Of a stretch of 64,000 nt of DNA, positions 61,840 to 64,000 are shown in pieces (within the stretch, counting starts at the first letter, position 1; each line of letters starts with the position of its first letter). Origin of the DNA: an uncultured delta proteobacterium (GTDB lineage: Bacteria > Myxococcota_A > Polyangia > Polyangiales > B10-G4); contig CAVSGI010000021.1 in NCBI GenBank assembly GCA_963727445.1, positions 256,001 through 320,000 of the forward strand, written 5' to 3'. The notes below the pieces were generated by a model. It searched no databases. It saw only the letters and a list, made by a program, of their open reading frames with translations, and was not told the DNA's origin. The position numbers and the translations under genes were made by a program.

Positions 61840-61964
61840 GGGCTGTTCCTAGTGCGATCGTCGTGCCACGTCGAGTGGCGCGAAATCGCTGGCGATCCGC
61901 CGTGCCGCCGGCGGTGCGGACGTTTCAAGTGCGTTTCAACACGTCGCCCGGGCAGGGGCACCTG

Positions 61965-63068
61965 CTAGCGAAGGATGCGTAGGCGCTTCGGTCCCTTGCC
62001 CGGGACCTCTTTGCCTCCGCCGCGGACGAAGTGCTCGAGCGCGATGCGCTGGGACAGAGCGTCCGCGATGTCCATGAACGTCTTGCCCGCGTTCGTGCCG
62101 GGGGCCGCCTGCACGATGGGCGTGCCCTCGTCGCCATGCTCCCGCACCGCCATCTCCATCGGCACCTGCCCGAGGAGCGGCGCGTCGGAGAAGCGCGCGA
62201 CCTTTTCGCCCCCGCCCGTGCCGAAGAGCTCGTGGCGCACGCCCGCCGAGTCGATGAAGTAGCTCATGTTCTCGACGACGCCCAGGATCGGGATGTTGAG
62301 GCGCTTGCACATGTTCACGCCCTTGTAGACATCCTGGAGCGCGACCTCCTGCGGCGTCGTCACCATCACGGCGCCGGTGACCTTGAGGCGCTGGGCCAGG
62401 GTCAGCGCGACGTCGCCCGTGCCCGGCGGCAGGTCGAGGATCAGGTAGTCGAGGTCACCCCAATCCACGTCGGCCAGGAACTGGTTGAGAGCGCCGTGAA
62501 GCATCGGACCACGCCAGACGATCGCGGTCTTCGGATCTTCCATCAGGAAGCCGATGCTCATCATCTTCACGCCGAAGCGCTCGAGGGGCTTGATGCGCTT
62601 GCCGTCCTCGGAGCGGGGATGGCCCTGGATGCCCATCATCGTGGGAATGGAGGGGCCGTAGATGTCGGCGTCGAGGAGCCCGACCGGCACGCCCATGCGC
62701 TTGAGCGCGAGGGTGAGGTTGACCGCCACCGTGCTCTTGCCGACACCGCCCTTGCCGCTCATCACCAGCACGATGTTCTTCACGCCCGGGATCGGGTCGT
62801 CGCCCGCGACGTCGCGCGTCGGCACCTGTAGATCCCAGGCGATTTCCACGTCGCTCGCCCCCACACCATCGAGCGCGCCGCGGATCCGCTCATCGACCGT
62901 GCGCTTCACCTCCTCGCTCGGCGACGCCAGCTGGGCGGTGAGCTCGACCTTGCCTCCGGCCACGCCCACGTCGCGGATCGTGCCGATCTCGAGCATCGGC
63001 TTGTCGAAGGTGGGATCGACGACGCCCTCGAGGGCCTTCGTCGCGGATTCGGTCGAGACTTCGCTCAT
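61965..63068 (-). CDS. apbC: Mrp/NBP35 family Fe-S cluster carrier ATPase
   Basis: SGKGGVGKSTVAVNL, DADIYGPS, WRGPM, DLPPGTGD, VTTPQ, VENMS. Confidence 0.93.
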   Translation of the reverse strand: MSEVSTESATKALEGVVDPTFDKPMLEIGTIRDVGVAGGKVELTAQLASPSEEVKRTVDERIRGALDGVGASDVEIAWDLQVPTRDVAGDDPIPGVKNIVLVMSGKGGVGKSTVAVNLTLALKRMGVPVGLLDADIYGPSIPTMMGIQGHPRSEDGKRIKPLERFGVKMMSIGFLMEDPKTAIVWRGPMLHGALNQFLADVDWGDLDYLILDLPPGTGDVALTLAQRLKVTGAVMVTTPQEVALQDVYKGVNMCKRLNIPILGVVENMSYFIDSAGVRHELFGTGGGEKVARFSDAPLLGQVPMEMAVREHGDEGTPIVQAAPGTNAGKTFMDIADALSQRIALEHFVRGGGKEVPGKGPKRLRILR

Positions 63069-63075
63069 GTTGTTC

Positions 63076-64000
63076 TCAGGGGTTGAAGACGATGCGGCGC
63101 TCGTGCGCCTCGAGCACTTCGCTTTCCGTCCAATTCATGGGGGGGGCTTCGTTGATCCGCCAGTGCTCCATTTCGTCCGCGTGGTGGGGGCTGTCGGGAT
63201 CCTGGCTCTCGCCGCCGGGCAGCGTGTTGCGGGGCATGGGACGCTCCGGGGTCATCTCCACCACCAAGCGCTGTACCGGGCCGCTGCCGTAGCTGTAGCT
63301 CGTGGTGGCGCCGAGGCCGAAGTTCGAGGCGTCGATGACGCCGAGATCCCCGTGACGGGGGAAGCCGTCGGGAAACATCGGATCGGTGTAGAGCGGGATG
63401 GAGAGCGCATCGGTGCTCGCCGGGATCTGCGGCAGGAGGGTCTCGAGGCGCAATGTGTGCAGCCGCCCCCATCGCCACATCTCGACGTCGGTGCCGAGCT
63501 CACCTTCGAGGAAGTCCAGCCCGGCGATGAAACCGGCCAGGATGCGCTGCCCGCGCGATTCGATCTCGGCGGTGTCCATGTCGTCCCACAGGACGCTGTC
63601 ACCCATGCCGCCACGCAGGGAGGCGTCGTAGGTCGCCATCGTCTCGGGGTGGAGCAACATGTTGGCGAAGGTGCGATTGCGGTAGCCGCTCCAGGTCCCG
63701 AGGGCCGACGCTTCGTCGCGGAGCGCGAGGTCCACGATACGACCGTAGACCGCGTTGAAGATCGTCGTCGCGATCGAGTCGGCGATCTCGTCGGCCGTCG
63801 GCGAGCCGATCGCAGCCGGCGGCGTCTCGAAGCTCCACGCCATCAGGCGATCATGCATGTCCTGGAGCTTGGGGACGGTGGCGGAGTCCATGGCCGCGAC
63901 CGTAGCCGACAGGTCGGCGTGGGTCCCCGGCGTGGCGGCCTCCTCGAGCGCCCGCTCGATCTCTTCCAAGAAGGCGGCGGTGAACAGGCGCCCGTAGGGA
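63076..64000 (-). CDS. Penicillin acylase family protein, C-terminal part (runs off the right edge)
   Basis: WRWGRLH, FPRHG, GP..R.VV, LPGGES.DPDSPH..D....W. Confidence 0.88.
   Translation of the reverse strand, partial: PYGRLFTAAFLEEIERALEEAATPGTHADLSATVAAMDSATVPKLQDMHDRLMAWSFETPPAAIGSPTADEIADSIATTIFNAVYGRIVDLALRDEASALGTWSGYRNRTFANMLLHPETMATYDASLRGGMGDSVLWDDMDTAEIESRGQRILAGFIAGLDFLEGELGTDVEMWRWGRLHTLRLETLLPQIPASTDALSIPLYTDPMFPDGFPRHGDLGVIDASNFGLGATTSYSYGSGPVQRLVVEMTPERPMPRNTLPGGESQDPDSPHHADEMEHWRINEAPPMNWTESEVLEAHERRIVFNP

Overview
Very GC-rich (roughly 70%), gene-dense chromosomal window that looks myxobacterial, probably Polyangiales/Sandaracinaceae-like. This is inferred from a DUF1592/DUF1552 pair, a MYXO-CTERM tail, many Cys-rich or DAG-linker lipoproteins and two Ser/Thr kinases. 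It holds about 58 CDSs. Housekeeping and metabolic genes include amt, add, tatD, tcdA, gcvPB, ccmC/ccmD, an acyl-CoA dehydrogenase, rarA, thioredoxin and apbC/mrp; the rest are mostly secreted or lipoprotein hydrolases and signalling genes. I found no tRNA, rRNA, CRISPR array, transposase or integrase. The most unusual feature is a non-coding element of about 530 bp (46299-46828) made of two diverged, inverted copies of a structured unit of about 200 bp, with TTAA-capped perfect terminal inverted repeats. Other points of interest are a secreted Fam20C/Four-jointed-like kinase, a DHH phosphoesterase with permuted motif order, a stand-alone aconitase swivel domain lacking its catalytic residues, a divergent ECF sigma/Ser-Thr kinase pair, a sigma-54 promoter before a PilZ gene followed by a candidate structured RNA, and four single-base frameshifts that may be sequencing errors. 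All calls come from reading motifs by eye; no database searches were run.
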